Source: an uncultured Bacilli bacterium (GTDB lineage: Bacteria; Bacillota_I; Bacilli_A; RF39; UBA660). Taken from it: DNA of 64,000 nt. Where the stretch lies: contig CAJUCD010000003.1 in NCBI GenBank assembly GCA_910585045.1, positions 42,779 to 106,778 of the forward strand, written 5' to 3'. How positions within the stretch are numbered: position 1 is the first letter of the stretch; every line of letters begins with the position of its first letter. The notes beneath the pieces were generated by a model. It saw only the letters and a program-made list of their open reading frames with translations. It did no database searches and had not been told where the DNA came from. Of this stretch, positions 9,256-18,604 are shown piece after piece. The translations under genes were made by a program, and so were the position numbers.

Positions 9256-10494
9256 TTATTTATTTCCTTTTTTGTTAAACTCTTTAGCTAAATAGCCACT
9301 GCGTTTTAATTTATTGTAGCTGTGTTCATTTATAATGAGGTCAAATTCGCCAATAAATTCATAAATATGGGGATTAAATCCAATTTTGAAATCATTTAAG
9401 CCTTTAAATGGGTTAGTTTTGGAGAAGTCTCCAGTTAAACCGTTTAAGTCTAAGAATTTAAAGTCATTTTTATAATATTCAATAATTCTATTATGTAAAT
9501 AATAATTAGCATTAAAATGTTTATAGGTTCTATCTATGCCACTTATTACAATATTAACGCGATTTTGATATTTAATGACAAATGCTCCTGCAACGTAAGT
9601 TGATAAATTGTCACGTAGTCCTTTAGTGGCTATTTCAATATCATTTTTGTAAGATAATAGGGCTTTATCAGAATTTAATTTTTGATTAATATTTATTTCA
9701 CTAGCATCATTAATTACTTTCTCGCTTAAGGTATTATTTAAAATTAATTCTTTATCGTATAATTCTTTAACGCTTAAAAGATATTTTTCATAATTTATTT
9801 TTACTAAAAATATATCACATGAATTATCTTTTTCAAAAATGTTATAATAGTTTTTATAATAATATTCGTTTATATTTCTTTGCTTTTTTATAAATTCATA
9901 AAGAATATCTAATCCTTCACGATCAGATTTTTCTAAGATTAAACCTTTTTTTTCGGCTTTGCGTATTTTATTTTTTGTGTTTTTACTTAAATTTTCAAAT
10001 CTATATTCATCTAAATTTATAATTCCATTGAATCTAGGGAATAGTGCCTCAAAATAAAGGTTATCTTTTAATTTGTTATAATTAAATTCTTTTAAATAAT
10101 CTCGAATAATTATATTTTGATTATAATTTGTTAGTTTAGAGTATTTGTTAATTTCACCAATAGCTATTTCAGGATTAATTTTAATAAAAGCAAGTTTTTT
10201 ATTATAGTATTTTTTTAAGGCTATAGTAAAATTTTTTAATAAATCATAATCGAAGTAGTCAATTAAAAATCCTTTAGGAGAGTAGCCATATTTTAAAGAA
10301 ATAGTTATTTTTTTAATTAGTATTAATGCTGCTGCTTTTATTATGCCTAATTCATCAACATATCCAATTAGTTCATAATCATAGTTGCTTTCAGCCATAA
10401 GAAGGGCATAATTGGAACTTTGATGATAAGAGCCTAAAGGACTTGTTTTGGCAAAAGCATCAAATTCAGCAATAGTTAATTCTTTTAAATGCAT
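9256..10494 (-). CDS. FemAB-family peptidoglycan interpeptide-bridge aminoacyltransferase (412 aa)
   Basis: Size matches the family, and the N-terminal pattern (...FAKTSPLGSYHQSSNYALLMAESNYDYELIGY...) is typical of FemX/MurM-like proteins. Assignment by recollection only. Confidence 0.5.
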   Translation of the reverse strand: MHLKELTIAEFDAFAKTSPLGSYHQSSNYALLMAESNYDYELIGYVDELGIIKAAALILIKKITISLKYGYSPKGFLIDYFDYDLLKNFTIALKKYYNKKLAFIKINPEIAIGEINKYSKLTNYNQNIIIRDYLKEFNYNKLKDNLYFEALFPRFNGIINLDEYRFENLSKNTKNKIRKAEKKGLILEKSDREGLDILYEFIKKQRNINEYYYKNYYNIFEKDNSCDIFLVKINYEKYLLSVKELYDKELILNNTLSEKVINDASEININQKLNSDKALLSYKNDIEIATKGLRDNLSTYVAGAFVIKYQNRVNIVISGIDRTYKHFNANYYLHNRIIEYYKNDFKFLDLNGLTGDFSKTNPFKGLNDFKIGFNPHIYEFIGEFDLIINEHSYNKLKRSGYLAKEFNKKGNK

Positions 10495-10609
10495 TGTTAA
10501 ATTCTCCCCTCTTTTTTATAGGTGGATATTATAGCATAAATGAAATATTTTGTCTAGCTAACTTGACTAGATAAAAATTTTTAGTATAATATAATTAGGA
10601 GGATAAAAT

Positions 10610-11209
10610 ATGAAGAAAAAAGAAGAGAAAAAGGAGTCATTTTTAAATAGAATAGCTTTAGATTTTAAGAAAAATTTGTTTGTAAGTATTATACTTAATA
10701 GCTTGTTTTTGGTATTTGGAATCTATATATATTTAAATCCAGTTCTAGCTGAGGAAGTTACAGGGATTATAATTGGTTTGTTTTTAATTGTTTTTGGTAT
10801 TTTTGATGCTTTTGAGTTTTTGACTAGAGGAAATAATTCATTATTTACTTTAAAAATATTTGTAGCTATTTTAGCTATTATTTTAGGAGTTTTTGTTATT
10901 GTTAATCCTTTTAGTATTGTGAAGATTTTATCATTTACTTTAGGAATATATTTAATTATTTTATCTATTTTTAAAGGTGTATTGTCATTTATTTTAAAGA
11001 AATATAAATTTGATGGATGGTTATTAGTTTTAGTAGTAAGTCTTATACTTTTAGTGTTTGGCATATTTATTACTATTAATCCTATGTCTTCTATATATAT
11101 AGTCGAGGCAGTAGCACTCTTTATTATTCTTTCTAGTATTTTAGAATTATGTAGTTTATTAATGCTTTATTCTAAGGCTAATGAAATAATAAAACTTTTA
11201 GAGAAGTAA
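10610..11209 (+). CDS. small multi-pass membrane protein, HdeD/DUF308-like
   Basis: Six hydrophobic helices with repeated G-x-x-x-I/L-x-x-G-I/L-F patterns and NP motifs. Confidence 0.35.
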   Translation: MKKKEEKKESFLNRIALDFKKNLFVSIILNSLFLVFGIYIYLNPVLAEEVTGIIIGLFLIVFGIFDAFEFLTRGNNSLFTLKIFVAILAIILGVFVIVNPFSIVKILSFTLGIYLIILSIFKGVLSFILKKYKFDGWLLVLVVSLILLVFGIFITINPMSSIYIVEAVALFIILSSILELCSLLMLYSKANEIIKLLEK

Positions 11210-11320
11210 GCGTAAGCTTCTTTTTTTATAAAATAATATTAATATTAAAGTGTAATTATGGTAAATTAACGTAAGATTTGATATAATTTTGACATATTTA
11301 TTATTTAAAGGAGTTTTGAT

Positions 11321-12187
11321 ATGATAAAAAAAGAGAATTTGTATAAGATTGGTATTGGTACTTGGAAAATAGATTATGAACATTTTGAAAATGATATTGA
11401 TGCTTTAGTTTATTCACATAATAAAGGAGAGAATTATTTATCTTTGTATATGTTATACAATAATGGTGAAGTTGTAAAGCAAATGAGAAAATTTTTAGAT
11501 AAAATTGATAGAGAAAAAGTATTTATAAATGTTAATCTTGAACCTACTATCAAAGAGATTGAAGATATTGAAAAGCAACTTGATGAATATTTAAAAATAT
11601 TAGATATAAAATATGTAGATAACTTGCAAATACATGGTTCATTTGTTTCAGAAATTCCTTTAGTTGAAGTTTATAAAGAAATTAAAAGGCTAGTGGATAT
11701 TGGAAAAGTTAGATATATTGGAATTAGTAATGTTAATTTAGAACAATTAAAAGAAATAAGTAGTTTAGTAAGAATAGATTTTTTTGAAGGTGTTTATAAT
11801 CTTGAATGTAAATTATATGAAGATATAGGTGTATTAAATTATTGTAAAGAAAATGATATTAAATTTATTTGTTATCAACCTTTAAGAAGAAATAGAACTG
11901 CAAGAAGAAATTATCCTTTGTTAGTGGAATTAGCTTTAAAATATAATAAAACACAAAATCAAATAATTTTAAATTGGATTATAAATAGAAAGAATATTAT
12001 GCCTTTAATAAAGTCTACTAATATTGAACGGATTGATGAGAATAATGAGTCAATTAATTTTAAAATGAGTGATGATGATTATAATAAATTAGATGATTTT
12101 AGAAATACAGAATTTGATAATGTTAAAATAGATTGGGACTGTAATGGTGGAGTAACTATTGATCAACTAGCAAATCAATTTGAATAG
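11321..12187 (+). CDS. aldo/keto reductase family oxidoreductase
   Basis: The IGIGTWKI motif matches the AKR GxGTW signature; length is about 290 aa. Confidence 0.55.
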   Translation: MIKKENLYKIGIGTWKIDYEHFENDIDALVYSHNKGENYLSLYMLYNNGEVVKQMRKFLDKIDREKVFINVNLEPTIKEIEDIEKQLDEYLKILDIKYVDNLQIHGSFVSEIPLVEVYKEIKRLVDIGKVRYIGISNVNLEQLKEISSLVRIDFFEGVYNLECKLYEDIGVLNYCKENDIKFICYQPLRRNRTARRNYPLLVELALKYNKTQNQIILNWIINRKNIMPLIKSTNIERIDENNESINFKMSDDDYNKLDDFRNTEFDNVKIDWDCNGGVTIDQLANQFE

Positions 12188-12253
12188 ATAAGTAAAATTA
12201 ATTTTAACAAATATTATGTTTTTTGGCATATTATTTTAAAGAGTAATTTGTGG

Positions 12254-12282
12254 TTTACAAAGTTTGAAATATAAGATATAAT
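12254..12282 (+). promoter_or_regulatory. putative sigma-A promoter of the rpsF-ssb-rpsR operon (TTTACA-17-TATAAT) with a 14-bp perfect palindrome ATACTCATGAGTAT overlapping the -10/+1
   Basis: Hexamers and spacing read directly; the palindrome lies at 12281-12294. Confidence 0.35.
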
Positions 12283-12356
12283 ACTCATGAGTATTAAATT
12301 ACTCCTTGCTTTAAAGTTTATTTAAAGCCGTATTAAGACCATGAGGAGGTGGAAAA

Positions 12357-12647
12357 ATGACTAATTATGAAATAATGTTCATTGTAAAAACAACTATGGA
12401 ATCTGATAAGATTAAAAAGACAATTGATACTATGAAGAAAATTGTTACTGATGGAAAAGGTAAAATAGTTGAAACAAAAGAGATGGGCGAGAAAAAGTTA
12501 GCATATCCAATTAAGAAGGAATTAAATGGATATTACTATGTATTAAAAATTGAAGCTACTCCAGAAGTAGTTAAAGAATTTGATCGTCGTGCTTTAATCG
12601 ATGAATCAATTTTAAGACATTTAATTATTAAATTAGATGAGGAGTAG
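12357..12647 (+). CDS. rpsF: 30S ribosomal protein S6
   Basis: MTNYEIMFIV... is a typical S6 N-terminus. Canonical rpsF-ssb-rpsR gene order. Confidence 0.9.
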   Translation: MTNYEIMFIVKTTMESDKIKKTIDTMKKIVTDGKGKIVETKEMGEKKLAYPIKKELNGYYYVLKIEATPEVVKEFDRRALIDESILRHLIIKLDEE

Positions 12648-12650
12648 AAT

Positions 12651-13142
12651 ATGAATAAAGTAATTTTAATTGGAAGGTTAGCTCGTGATCCAGAACTTAG
12701 AACAACACCATCGAATTTAAGTGTTGCAACATTTTCTATTGCAGTTTCTCGACCTTTTACACCACAGTCTGGACAACAAGAAACAGATTTTATTAATTGT
12801 GTTGTTTGGCGAAGACAAGCAGAAAACTTGGCAAAATATTGTCGTAAAGGAAGTCAAATTGCTATAGAAGGAAGAATTCAAACGAGAAATTATAGTGCAC
12901 AGGACGGCTCAAAGCGATATGTTACAGAAGTTATGTGTGATAATATTACCTTCCTAGGATCAAAAGCAGATAATCAAGGTGGACAGTCATATGGTGATAA
13001 TAATTATTCTAATAATAATGATATGATTAATTTCTCTCCTAGTGATATGGGAGCACCTATTCCAACAACTGATATATCTGAGGATCCATTTAAAGATTTT
13101 GGTGAAGAAATTACATTAAGTGATGATGATTTACCATTCTAA
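12651..13142 (+). CDS. ssb: single-stranded DNA-binding protein
   Basis: MNKVILIGRLARDPELR OB-fold N-terminus; Gly/Asn-rich linker; acidic tail DDDLPF. Confidence 0.9.
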   Translation: MNKVILIGRLARDPELRTTPSNLSVATFSIAVSRPFTPQSGQQETDFINCVVWRRQAENLAKYCRKGSQIAIEGRIQTRNYSAQDGSKRYVTEVMCDNITFLGSKADNQGGQSYGDNNYSNNNDMINFSPSDMGAPIPTTDISEDPFKDFGEEITLSDDDLPF

Positions 13143-13160
13143 ATGAAGGAGGAATAAATA

Positions 13161-13376
13161 ATGGCAGAATTCTATCGTAAGAAAAAGAAAATATGTCAAA
13201 TGTGTGCAGGTAAAAGCGTAGACTATAAAGATGTTATGATTATTAATAAATATATTAATGATAAAGGCAAGATTATGCCTAGAAGAATGACTGGAGCTTG
13301 CGCTAAGCATCAAAGACATATTGCAAATCAAGTAAAATATGCAAGATTAATGGCTTTAGTACCATTTGTTAAATAA
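13161..13376 (+). CDS. rpsR: 30S ribosomal protein S18
   Basis: Conserved S18 features: a C-x-x-C element and ...ITGACAKHQRHIANQVKYARLMALVPF. Confidence 0.9.
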   Translation: MAEFYRKKKKICQMCAGKSVDYKDVMIINKYINDKGKIMPRRMTGACAKHQRHIANQVKYARLMALVPFVK

Positions 13377-13396
13377 GCACTTTGTGCTTTTTTTGT
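13375..13396 (+). terminator. rho-independent terminator (AAGCAC-ttt-GTGCTT + T7)
   Basis: Hairpin plus T-run directly after the rpsR stop. Confidence 0.5.
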
Positions 13397-13494
13397 TTAT
13401 TATAAAAACTTTTAAGAATTCATAAAAAAAGATTCAAAAATTAAATTGTTATGAGTCTGGATATCAAATTTATTATTATTTTTTATAATACTTT

Positions 13495-13791
13495 TTGGAT
13501 AAGGACTTCTTTCATTTGTTTAATATAGGAAATATATTGTATTCAGTAAGTTTTTTCTGGAAGGTTTGTATCCTCAATTTCATAGTACCTTCTATCAAAT
13601 GTGAATTTCGCGACTTATATAATCTAAAAATTGATTTAGTCATTGCTAATGAAATTATACATGTGGGTTTAGAAAATGATACTAATAAGAATTTTTATTT
13701 ATATAATGGCGAAAATTATTGGGATGGTATTAATAAGTGGGCTTGCTGGTCGACTAAATGGTGTTCATTCAATGGTGAGCAGTCTTGTTAA
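13495..13791 (+). pseudogene. possible relic of the secreted-protein family at 14523/28456 (has FYLYNGENYWDGINKW; compare KQYYLYNGQHYWTMSPYW)
   Basis: Short ORF with no RBS. Its C-terminal 25 aa resemble the conserved module of the two large paralogs. Weak. Confidence 0.2.
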
Positions 13792-13830
13792 ACTAATGAT
13801 ATATATTTTCTCATAAAAGTAAAGATAAAG

Positions 13831-14283
13831 TTATTTGTAGTATTTGGGACTATCGGTTTTTCCTAATAAATAATCTGCTGAAATTAAATAAGTCTTACAA
13901 ATTTCATATAAAAAAGGAGTTGCTATTATATTTGTTCCACGTTCATATTCTGTTATTGTAGTTCTAGATATGTTTAGTTGTTTGGCAAGTTGTTCTTGCG
14001 TGATTTTGTTGTCTTTGCGTAATTCTTTAAGACGTTTTTTAGATATTTCTTTATTAATACTTTTGGCATTTTTATAATTTGGAATATCACTAAAACTGAA
14101 TATGTAGTCTATTGAAACATTAAAATAGTTACAAAGAGTACTTAAATGTTTAATTGGTATAATAATATATTCTCTTTCATATTCATTATATACGCCTTTA
14201 TAAATACCTATTACGTCGGCTATTTCATATTGTTTTTTATTTTTATTTTCTCTTAGCTCAGTTAGCCTTTCATTATATAGCAT
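13831..14283 (-). CDS. transcriptional regulator with two tandem XRE-type HTH domains
   Basis: Two HTH_3-like segments (QYEIADVIGIYKGVYNEYERE... and ITQEQLAKQLNISRTTITEYERG...). Paralog of 27725..28183, and divergent from the gene at 14523. Confidence 0.75.
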   Translation of the reverse strand: MLYNERLTELRENKNKKQYEIADVIGIYKGVYNEYEREYIIIPIKHLSTLCNYFNVSIDYIFSFSDIPNYKNAKSINKEISKKRLKELRKDNKITQEQLAKQLNISRTTITEYERGTNIIATPFLYEICKTYLISADYLLGKTDSPKYYK

Positions 14284-14353
14284 ATAATCACCATACTAAT
14301 TTTCTCATAGATTATTTATTATAGAATTATGTCCTAAAATAATGACATTTTTC

Positions 14354-14382
14354 TTGACAAATATTATAGAAAATATTAAAAT
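14354..14382 (+). promoter_or_regulatory. putative promoter TTGACA-17-TAAAAT for the gene at 14523
   Basis: Consensus -35, 17-nt spacer, AT-rich -10, lying in the divergent intergenic region. Confidence 0.3.
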
Positions 14383-14522
14383 GAATATATAAAGTAGAAA
14401 TTTCTGATTTATAAAATTATAAAACAAATTATAGGAATAAAGATATTTTTTAATATGCCTTAATATATGAAGTAAGACATCTTATAATTTGCTTGATTGT
14501 GTAATTAGAAAGTAGGAAAGAA

Positions 14523-16328
14523 ATGAAACGAAAGAATAAAAAATTAATAGTAATAGTAAGCTGTCTACTATTAGTAATAAGTGTATCTTTAGCGTATTAT
14601 ATTGGCCAAATATTAATAAATGGCGAAGGAGCTAAAGGAAATGCAACAACAGCTAAAATAAAAGGAGCGACTCTAACAGTAGAAGGGAAGTTAGAGTTTA
14701 ATGATTCAGATATATTACCAGGTTATAAGACTATATCAAGTATAAAGGTAACAGCAACAGGAAATAATGAGTTAATACCATATAATTTAATCTGGAAGGG
14801 AACAAATGGCATAAGTAAAATAAATTATACAGTATATAAAACAAGTAGTGAGATAAATGTAAGTGCTAGTTGTGAGAAGAAGGCAACAGTCCAAAATGGA
14901 GTGCAAATATTGAATGAGGAATGCTCAATAACTAACTTAGATAATTTAGGTTCCTTTATAGCAAGTGGCTCAATAATTAAGAATAGCACTAAAGAAATAC
15001 TAACAAGTGATGAATTTATAACTGCAACTAATGATGGAGATACAAAGTATTATTATGTGATATTAGAGTATCCAAATTTAGATGAAGATCAGAGTAGTGA
15101 TATGGATGCAACATTTGAAGGCATTGTCACCGTAGAAGAGAGCAATGCCACATCTGATATTAATATCATGGCTGTATATCTAGGTGATGAAGTAGGAAAC
15201 TATACCGAAACAACTGATATACCAGGGAGTGGTTATATACTCAGTGAGAAGAGTACATGTAGTAATAATGCGGTTCCTGTATGGGATTATAATAATAGTG
15301 GGTTACTAACTAAAAATCTTACTAAAAGTGGAACCAGTTGTTATTTATATTTTAATAAATTAAAAACAGTAAATACAATACTAGGAAATATTGAGGTTAA
15401 TCCTGAGGTTAAAACAATATTTGATAAAGCAGCTATAGCTGATGAAGGTGTACAATCTGGAATTGATGAAGATGGAACTACTTATTATTGGCGAGGAGCA
15501 GCGACCACCAACTATTTAAAGTTTGCAGGCTATTGTTGGCGAATAGTTAGAATAAATGGTAGCGGAACGATAAGATTGATTTATAGTGGAAATACTTGTC
15601 AACCTAATACGGCTATACTGAAAGATGCTGTTATTTCTGTTAGCGCCTTTAATAGCATAAGCCTAGATAATGCTTATGTAGGATATATGTATGGAACTAC
15701 TGATAGTAATACATATGAAGAGACGCATGCAAATATAAATAATAGTACAATAAAAGAAGTTCTAGATGAGTGGTATAAGACTAATATTTTAGAAAAGGGT
15801 TATGATGGTTATGTTGCTAAAGAAGATGGTTTTTGTAATGATAGAACTATAATTAAGACTGCTGAAACTGGTTATGTGGGTGATGGGTATAATAAATTGC
15901 CAACTAGCTATGGTCCATTTGGAAGATTTGTTTTAGATAATGATTTTATTAAAAAAAATATGAATCCTACTTTTTTGTGTAGTCAAGTAAATGATTTGTT
16001 TACATATAACTTAGCAACAAAAGGAAATAAAATGTTAAGTTATCCTGTAGGGCTTATAACAGTTGATGAAGTTATTTTTGCTGGGGGTTATTCTCAGGTG
16101 GCTAATGCTAATTATTATCTTAATATTGGAGTGCCATTTTGGACTATGTCTCCTTATCATTATCATGTAGAATATTATGCAGTACAATTTGGTGTATATG
16201 CTGATGGGCGATTACAATGGCTCTTAGGTAATGAAATAGAACATGGAGTAAGGCCTGTCATAAATCTTCGCTCTGATATTCAAATTTTAGATGGTGATGG
16301 TACTATTGATAATCCATATGTAGTTTAG
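14523..16328 (+). CDS. secreted protein: SipW-type signal, then a TasA/camelysin-like domain of about 200 aa, then a conserved C-terminal module of about 400 aa with unknown function
   Basis: N-terminus KKLIVIVSCLLLVISVSLAYYIGQ. Motif TKYYYVILEYPNLDEDQ shared with the TasA-like 4102 protein. C-terminal module (NTILGNIEVN...YYWRGAATTNYLKFAGYCWRIVRINGSGTIRLIYSG...RPVINLRSDIQILDGDGTIDNPYVV) nearly identical in blocks to the 28456 protein. Confidence 0.7.
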   Translation: MKRKNKKLIVIVSCLLLVISVSLAYYIGQILINGEGAKGNATTAKIKGATLTVEGKLEFNDSDILPGYKTISSIKVTATGNNELIPYNLIWKGTNGISKINYTVYKTSSEINVSASCEKKATVQNGVQILNEECSITNLDNLGSFIASGSIIKNSTKEILTSDEFITATNDGDTKYYYVILEYPNLDEDQSSDMDATFEGIVTVEESNATSDINIMAVYLGDEVGNYTETTDIPGSGYILSEKSTCSNNAVPVWDYNNSGLLTKNLTKSGTSCYLYFNKLKTVNTILGNIEVNPEVKTIFDKAAIADEGVQSGIDEDGTTYYWRGAATTNYLKFAGYCWRIVRINGSGTIRLIYSGNTCQPNTAILKDAVISVSAFNSISLDNAYVGYMYGTTDSNTYEETHANINNSTIKEVLDEWYKTNILEKGYDGYVAKEDGFCNDRTIIKTAETGYVGDGYNKLPTSYGPFGRFVLDNDFIKKNMNPTFLCSQVNDLFTYNLATKGNKMLSYPVGLITVDEVIFAGGYSQVANANYYLNIGVPFWTMSPYHYHVEYYAVQFGVYADGRLQWLLGNEIEHGVRPVINLRSDIQILDGDGTIDNPYVV

Positions 16329-16458
16329 GTGTTAATAAATTTAAGTTTATTGACATTTTTTCTTTACAGGGATATTTAGGGAGATTTTGATAACCTTTGT
16401 CGAACGTGTTTAAAATTATATTTATTTGTTCTATATTTAAGTAGCAAGGTGATAAATT

Positions 16459-16791
16459 ATGTTAAAAGTTGATATGGAATATGAGAAAGGTATTTTATAT
16501 GTTAGATTGAAAGGAATATTAGATAGAAAGAATTGTTATAAGATTAATAATTATATTGTGCCCGTTGTTTTAAAGCATAAAATAAGATATTTAGTTTTTA
16601 ATTTATTTGAATTAAGAGATATTGATGAATCTGGTTTAGATTCGCTTCTTAATACAAAATGTGCAATTAGAACTAATAAGGGTAAAATTTGCTTGTGTGA
16701 AGTAAGTGATGATTTAAGATTAAAAATAAAGAGATTGAGAATGAAAGTAGCTTCTAATGAACTTGCTGCTAATAGGTTAATAAATATATAA
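16459..16791 (+). CDS. STAS-domain anti-sigma-factor antagonist (SpoIIAA/RsbV-like)
   Basis: 110 aa; DIDESGLDSLLN aligns with the DSSGLG phospho-serine loop of SpoIIAA. Stop overlaps the start of the sigma gene. Confidence 0.55.
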   Translation: MLKVDMEYEKGILYVRLKGILDRKNCYKINNYIVPVVLKHKIRYLVFNLFELRDIDESGLDSLLNTKCAIRTNKGKICLCEVSDDLRLKIKRLRMKVASNELAANRLINI

Positions 16792-17432
16792 TGACAACTA
16801 ATGAACTTATAGCGGCCCATATGGGTTTGATTAAAAATATTGCAGGCAAATTTTATAATTGTGAAAAAGAAGATTTAATTCAGGTGGGAGTTATTGGTTT
16901 ATTAAAAGCTTATCAAAATTTTAATGATACAGGAGAAACACAATTTAGTACATATGCATATACATATATATTTGGTGAAATGTATGCTTTAGCAAATCAA
17001 GCAAGAAATATTAAAATTAGTAAAGATTTGTTAAGACTTTATCGAGAAGTAGAAAAAGTTAGATATGATTTAGCTCAAAAATATAATAGATTAGTTTCTT
17101 ATGAAGAAGTGGCTTTATTTTTAGAGCAAGATGTCAATAAAGTGTATGATGCTGTAAATAGTGCGCAAGCTATGATTTCTCTTGATGATGAAGCTAATGC
17201 ACTTAATTTGCATGAAGTTATTCCTGATAGAAATAGAGATAATCCAGATTTAAAAATAGATTTGGATAATAGTTTTAGTGTTCTTAATAGTGAAGAACAA
17301 GAAATTATTAAATCGCGTTATTTTGAGGATTTGACACAATCTGAAGTAGCACATAAACTTAATATGACTCAAGTAATGGTATCAAGATATGAAAAGAAAA
17401 GCTTAGAGAAGATGCGAGCGGTTATGATGTAG
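16791..17432 (+). CDS. RNA polymerase sigma factor, SigF/SigG/SigB subfamily
   Basis: Region 2 (DLIQVGVIGLLKAYQNFN...FSTYAYTYIFGEM) and region 4 (LTQSEVAHKLNMTQVMVSRYEKKSLEKMR). Confidence 0.8.
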   Translation: MTTNELIAAHMGLIKNIAGKFYNCEKEDLIQVGVIGLLKAYQNFNDTGETQFSTYAYTYIFGEMYALANQARNIKISKDLLRLYREVEKVRYDLAQKYNRLVSYEEVALFLEQDVNKVYDAVNSAQAMISLDDEANALNLHEVIPDRNRDNPDLKIDLDNSFSVLNSEEQEIIKSRYFEDLTQSEVAHKLNMTQVMVSRYEKKSLEKMRAVMM

Positions 17433-17487
17433 CACTTTAGTTTGTCTAAAGTGTTTTTGTATGTTAGAATATTTATAAGGTGATAAG

Positions 17488-18444
17488 ATGGAACTTTTTG
17501 GTATTAAAGATTTGGGTTTATATGTAAATATTAATAATATTCCAGAGGATTGGATTGTTTATGATGGTGAAGCTAGAAAAAGCTTTAAAAAAGAATGGTT
17601 AGATGTAGATTTTGAAGAAATACTTGATTTTTATGAATTAGATGATAATTTTAAAGAATCTTTTTATAAAGAATTAGAAATAGTAAAGCATGATATTAAT
17701 TTAAATTATTTAGTTTATTTATGGTATTTTATTATTTTTTTAACTAAAGATACTTTTAATATTCTTAGATGGGAAACTAAGTTTGATTATTTTCGTGATA
17801 ATGGTTCGTTTATGTTGCCAGTTTTAGCTTTGTTAATGGGTTATAATTTACATAAACAAATGATGGAAACTAATAATTATGATTTAGAACAAATTAATTA
17901 TCATAAGGAAAATGTAAGGTTATCTTTAATAAGTGATGGGTATAGAATGGGAATTAAAGGAATTAGATTTAGTCAGATGATTTGGGGTTCTAGATTTATG
18001 AAAGGGCATATTATTCAAGTTGGATCTTTACAGTATGAATTGAAAGTAGATTTTTGGAATGGTGAAGATGTGATATTTATACATATACCAAGAAATACAG
18101 CTTTAGATCCGGTTTCGATTGATTATTCTTTAAATAATGCAGCTAAATTAATAAAAAAATATTTAAAAGTAGAAAATTTGAAATGTATGACAGAATCTTG
18201 GCTTTTAAGTCCAGAATTAAAGAGTATTTTAAATGAAAATAGTAATATTATAAATTTTCAGAAAAAATTTAGTATTGTAGAAATAAAAGAAAATGTTAAA
18301 GATTTTTTAAATTTTGTATTCAATGATCCTTTATTTAATGGGGATTATGATGAGTTGTGTGCGAATACTACTTTGCAAAAGGAAATTAAGAAGAAATTAC
18401 TTGCTGGAGAAATACTGCACATTGGTATTGGCATATTAAAATAA
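17488..18444 (+). CDS. hypothetical protein (318 aa), possibly a GNAT-like acyltransferase-fold protein
   Basis: ORF with RBS. Only a vague resemblance to N-acyltransferase-type proteins; no firm motif. Confidence 0.4.
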   Translation: MELFGIKDLGLYVNINNIPEDWIVYDGEARKSFKKEWLDVDFEEILDFYELDDNFKESFYKELEIVKHDINLNYLVYLWYFIIFLTKDTFNILRWETKFDYFRDNGSFMLPVLALLMGYNLHKQMMETNNYDLEQINYHKENVRLSLISDGYRMGIKGIRFSQMIWGSRFMKGHIIQVGSLQYELKVDFWNGEDVIFIHIPRNTALDPVSIDYSLNNAAKLIKKYLKVENLKCMTESWLLSPELKSILNENSNIINFQKKFSIVEIKENVKDFLNFVFNDPLFNGDYDELCANTTLQKEIKKKLLAGEILHIGIGILK

Positions 18445-18465
18445 TATGTTATAATTATAGTGTTT

Positions 18466-18541
18466 GCTGAAATAGCTCAGTCGGTAGAGCAACGCACTCG
18501 TAATGCGTAGGTCGCAAGTTCGATTCTTGTTTTCAGCACCA
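18466..18541 (+). tRNA. tRNA-Thr (anticodon CGU)
   Basis: Cloverleaf readable: acceptor GCTGAAA/TTTCAGC, D-arm AGCTCAGTCGGTAGAGC, anticodon stem ACGCA/TGCGT with loop CTCGTAA, T-arm GGTCGCAAGTTCGATTC, 3' ACCA. Confidence 0.9.
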
Positions 18542-18577
18542 GATTTAAGGATAACTCAAACATTTGAGCAATGATAG

Positions 18578-18604
18578 AAAGCGACTTGTCAAAAAGTCGC
18601 TTTT
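18578..18604 (+). terminator. rho-independent terminator after tRNA-Thr (AAAGCGACTT-gtcaaa-AAGTCGCTTT + T)
   Basis: 10-bp perfect stem followed by TTTT. Confidence 0.5.

Noticed and set aside
10723-11064. Minus-strand 113-aa ORF inside the DUF308-like membrane protein gene
   Set aside because: Antisense overlap with a better-supported gene; typical shadow ORF in AT-rich DNA. Rejected on the same grounds: the antisense or intergenic ORFs at 11198..11383, 13131..13331, 16551..16820, 20405..20608, 25030..25275, 29057..29446, 29483..29668, 30285..30515, 33837..34037, 39109..39291, 40531..40734, 43852..44034, 46990..47202, 56138..56377, 57459..57728, 62708..62923 and 62985..63182.
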